Positions 60,585 through 64,000 of a DNA stretch of 64,000 bases are shown piece after piece. The DNA is taken from NCBI GenBank assembly GCA_051362555.1, contig CM120643.1, forward strand, positions 682,001 to 746,000, read 5' to 3'. A program made the position numbers and the translations under genes. The stretch is from Lingula anatina (Eukaryota; Animalia; Brachiopoda). The stretch's first letter is position 1. Each line of letters opens with the position of its first letter. The notes beneath the pieces are model-generated. The model worked only from the letters and a program-made list of their open reading frames with translations, had not been told where the DNA came from and searched no databases.

Positions 60585-61652
60585 TTAGCTTAAATTCTGA
60601 GTGTTTGTTTCACCTGGGAGTATGCACCTAAAGCAACACATTGATTTTAGAGTACGTCGAAACGTTTTACCGAACAATCCATAAATGAAAAAATTCACAG
60701 AAGAGTTTAGCACTATTAAGAGATTAAGCACTTGGAAAAAAAGCGGCATGTTCTGTTCAACATTCTGTGGCAACATATCAGGATAGAACCCAATAAAAAA
60801 AGAACAACAATACACTAGATGGAGTACCAGTGAAGAGATGGCGATCAAAATAGCAATTTTTGTCATTTCTTTGTGAATGGATAATTTTTGCACGGAAAGC
60901 TCTTCACGGCGTTTAGATAGTTCACGCAGTCTGCGTATTATTCCCACATTGCATTTCGTTATGATTGAAAAGGGGTAGAAAAAATAAAAAAGAGCGTGAA
61001 AAGCAAGCCAGTAGATCTTATGCTCGGGAAAACGGACAACGGGTGGTTTGAAGCAAAATGGATAGCTCTTGTTCAACGAACAAGACTGAAATCCAACTGA
61101 AACAACGAAAAAATACTTCGGTATAGCGCTAATGAAAGAGCCAATGACCACGACTACTACCCACCCCACCCATGTCTTCAGTGACGATCTCGAGATATTC
61201 AGGAGCTGTGAAACTGACGAGCAAATCAGACGGTAGCGGTCCACGGTAACAAGAACGCACATCCAAATTGGTAGAAGAGCGAGCCAGTTGTTGAGTGACC
61301 AAAGCACTCGTGTATGTTTTGCAATAAAGGGAAGGGTCCCTGGTATTAGCTCAATGTAGCAGAATATGGACGGGATGCTGATAAAGAAAGTTTGTGAAAG
61401 GAGATACAAATTATCAGCAACTGCCAAGCAACTGAGCAAAAAAGTCGATGAATTTTTGCCCTTTAAATTCTGAAACACGACAAAAGACATCGTGTTCAAA
61501 ATGAGACCAACCACAGCTATGAAGAAAGCCAAAACTCCACCAACAAAATGAACAAGCACTTTGTAATCTACATTGTCATCCAATCCCCCCTCTACCCCAG
61601 TATTATTTGACCTGATATTTGGAAAATCTACCGTCGACTCAGTCTCATTCAT
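60585..61652 (-). CDS. Intronless class A GPCR, copy 4 (355 aa)
   Basis: Paralog with an intact ORF. Confidence 0.93.
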   Translation of the reverse strand: MNETESTVDFPNIRSNNTGVEGGLDDNVDYKVLVHFVGGVLAFFIAVVGLILNTMSFVVFQNLKGKNSSTFLLSCLAVADNLYLLSQTFFISIPSIFCYIELIPGTLPFIAKHTRVLWSLNNWLALLPIWMCVLVTVDRYRLICSSVSQLLNISRSSLKTWVGWVVVVVIGSFISAIPKYFFVVSVGFQSCSLNKSYPFCFKPPVVRFPEHKIYWLAFHALFYFFYPFSIITKCNVGIIRRLRELSKRREELSVQKLSIHKEMTKIAILIAISSLVLHLVYCCSFFIGFYPDMLPQNVEQNMPLFFQVLNLLIVLNSSVNFFIYGLFGKTFRRTLKSMCCFRCILPGETNTQNLS

Positions 61653-62830
61653 ATTTTAAACCTGTCCTGCTTACCTCTGTGTCTCAGCTAACCCCAGGTG
61701 CTCGTTCATGTACAAGAAGCAACTAAACTAAATTTGAAATCATCAAGCTTATATGGACGTCCATACAACGTCTTCATTATACAGTACGCCTTAGGTGTCG
61801 TCGAGCAATCTTGCCTAAATAGTCATTTTGGCTTTTAATAAAGATAATTATTATGTGCTACATATTACCGACATGCTGTCATTTAACTGAATTTCTTCGT
61901 CTCAAAAAGCGCCTTACTGTTTGTATAATTTATATTGCTGACATTAATTGTACAGTACAGGGGCGCGTCTCAGACAAAGGTTTCCAGTTTCGACATTTCC
62001 TGTATGTAGGCTAATGACGATGCTAAGTATTTCCAAGAAGAGAAAATAACCCATGATTTTTTGATGTATAATAATCCTCTTTACATTGATCTTATCGCCT
62101 CTAACAACACAAAAACAAGAAAGAGAATGCTAAGAACAAATTTTCAACAAACAAATGCAAACTAGCTCTTATCTATAGCAAAAAACATTTGCTAGGAGAA
62201 ATCTCTTCAACAAAGTTACTTTCAGGTAAAGAAAAAAAAAACAAACTGCCTCTTAAGTATATTTGTTATGACAGCCACTTTCGTGACATTGTGGAATTTA
62301 GTCACGTTACACGAGCATGTGATCAAATTGTGTATGTCTTACGTCGTTGGTTTTTCTTCAATTGCAAGTTGACTGGGTATTTTCAAACACAAACAAATAA
62401 TGCACAATATACGTGCTCTACAGGGATATAAACCTACACAACAATATTCAAGTGGCAGTGCCAAGTAAGTATTCCATGAATCACACATCAGCGTTATCCT
62501 CTGCCAGGGCCGCGGTTATTATCATGTGGGCTGAGGCGAGTACGGAGAATAACCATGAATTTAACCAGAGACATATCTATGAATATCTAGTGAAAAATCA
62601 ATCTGTGGCCCTGGTAGAGGATACATGTCATATACTAATTATACATAAGGGACAATTTTGGGAGAATTGTGTTCTAATTTTAATTTAATTAAACACTGGA
62701 AAAGAGATGCTGGATTAAGCCTGCACAATTGCATTTCAATACACTGGAAATTCTTTTTCTATTAACGGGCCTAAATTAATAAATTACACAAAATGAAAGG
62801 ATACATAATTGTCTTCACAGTATATATGAA

Positions 62831-63107
62831 AGTGGCGAATTTAGAGGGGTGTGAGGGGGGTTCTGACTACCCCACTTCGATTCTTGAAAAAAAAAACATT
62901 ATATGAATAATCCCCTCTTGAAATTAGAATGTTGACTAGCTGAATTATAGTTCTAAACCGTACCAAATGACACCTTTCGCCCCATAAAATAACAATATTT
63001 TGGCCATTCTGAGGGCCCGAATCCGGCCAGTAGGAGGGGGGGGGGGGCGGCGGCGGTCGGCCTTGCATCCGCGGACCCCCCTTCAAATATTCCTGGATCC
63101 TCCCCTG
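62831..63107. mobile_element. Probable hAT-like MITE; derivatives of it recur in the other GPCR spacer units
   Basis: Ends agtggcgaatttag / cctggatcctcccctg are imperfect TIRs with poly-G and poly-C arms; related right halves at ~49910-50035, 56920-57040 and 59850-59958. Confidence 0.45.
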
Positions 63108-63461
63108 TATACACAATATTTATTGTGAACAATATATCTCATCTTTACGGTTAATAAACATAAATCATCAGTAATAAAATGGTTGTTCATTGCCGCGTTT
63201 TTCCTGCGATTAGCCTTGTGAGGTGTCATAATAATGACAGTCAAAAAAATATAATTCTGTAAAGGCCCTATGACAACGGACTTCGCGTCCTCTTTATGTT
63301 TTCTTTAAATTTCAGTGCTCATTTCAACATTCCATTCAAATCAGTTGCACAACTTCATTCTTTGAATATCGCTCCCCCAGTCAAATACCTATTGTTACGA
63401 CTTCAAATAAAATTTTTTCTTGCTCAGTGTTTTATCTTTTATTAAAAGGTCGTTAACGGTT

Positions 63462-64000
63462 ATAATAATAATAATAATAATAATAATTTATTAAGATTGC
63501 AACCCAGTGGGTTGAAGTTGTACATAGAATGTTAAAAAAAAAAATTATAATGATAATAAAATGAAAGTTTGCATGAATAAAACTGAGTTAAAAGACTGCT
63601 AACTGAACTTTAAAATTATTGTACTTAGACTGCTAACTGAACTTTAAAATTATTGTACTTAAGATAAAAGACAGCATAATACTATTGGAAATTTAAAAGT
63701 GCATATGGAATAAAAGAGCAGCGGAATCTGTCGGTCTTAAATTTTGGCACTTTGTATCTATTGTTAGATCTTAAAAGACGATTGGAATGCTCAATTAAGA
63801 CGTGATTCAATTTGTCAGAGGATTCAGTTATTTTGTAAAAGAAAGTTTTGCACAGATCTTACCTTCGTTTTACTAAAGTGCACATATTTGCTAGGTTCAG
63901 GGCTTCATCATAGTGTAGGTCAGGGAAAATGATTTTTAAAGCACGACTTTGGACAGTCTCTAAAAGTTTGCATTGCTCTATAGTTAGTCCTGGATGCCAT
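63462..64000 (-). mobile_element. 3' end of a CR1/L2-group LINE, running off the window edge
   Basis: Minus strand reads WHPGLT...LLETVQSRALKIIFP...YDEAL...L..RR*DLC...KFKTDRFRCSFIPY...* (stop 63684-63682), followed by a 3'UTR, AATAAA and a (TTA)n tail at ~63488-63462. Confidence 0.85.

Larger units (their letters stand above)
49370..63462 (-). repeat. Tandem segmental duplication array of ~3-4 kb GPCR units, including CDS-less partial units at both ends
   Basis: ATG spacing 3977, 2910 and 3057 bp. Shared flank blocks (e.g. ttcacaatatttattgtgaac..., ...cgacttcagataaaaag) recur at ~49370, 50040, 54220, 57040, 59960 and 63110. Confidence 0.9.

Overview
AT-rich, intron-containing animal genomic DNA (a lophotrochozoan/mollusc-like invertebrate is my inference). 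I traced five multi-exon genes by hand through GT-AG sites with continuous reading frames: DEF8 (+, 722-8050), CFAP90/C5orf49 (-, 10422-11878), a TEX56/DUF4523-like gene (+, 13380-15241), POGLUT2/3-KDELC (-, 16406-29307, ends in KDEL) and BANP (+, 37114-42561). A tandem array of intronless rhodopsin-class, FMRFamide-receptor-like GPCRs follows (three intact copies and one pseudogene, 50.6-61.7 kb). Mobile DNA includes a 5.64-kb Academ-like element with ~1.1-kb TIRs between the divergent POGLUT and BANP promoters, several MITE families and two LINE remnants. The most unusual signal is a recurrent pattern of 39-100 bp tandem duplications on or next to functional gene boundaries: six straddle splice sites, one abuts an acceptor and one spans a stop codon. 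They occur in three unrelated genes and create arrays of 2-10 donor or acceptor copies; using any copy other than the exon-proximal one would give a premature stop or frameshift. Gene names come from recalled similarity to human proteins; no database search was run.
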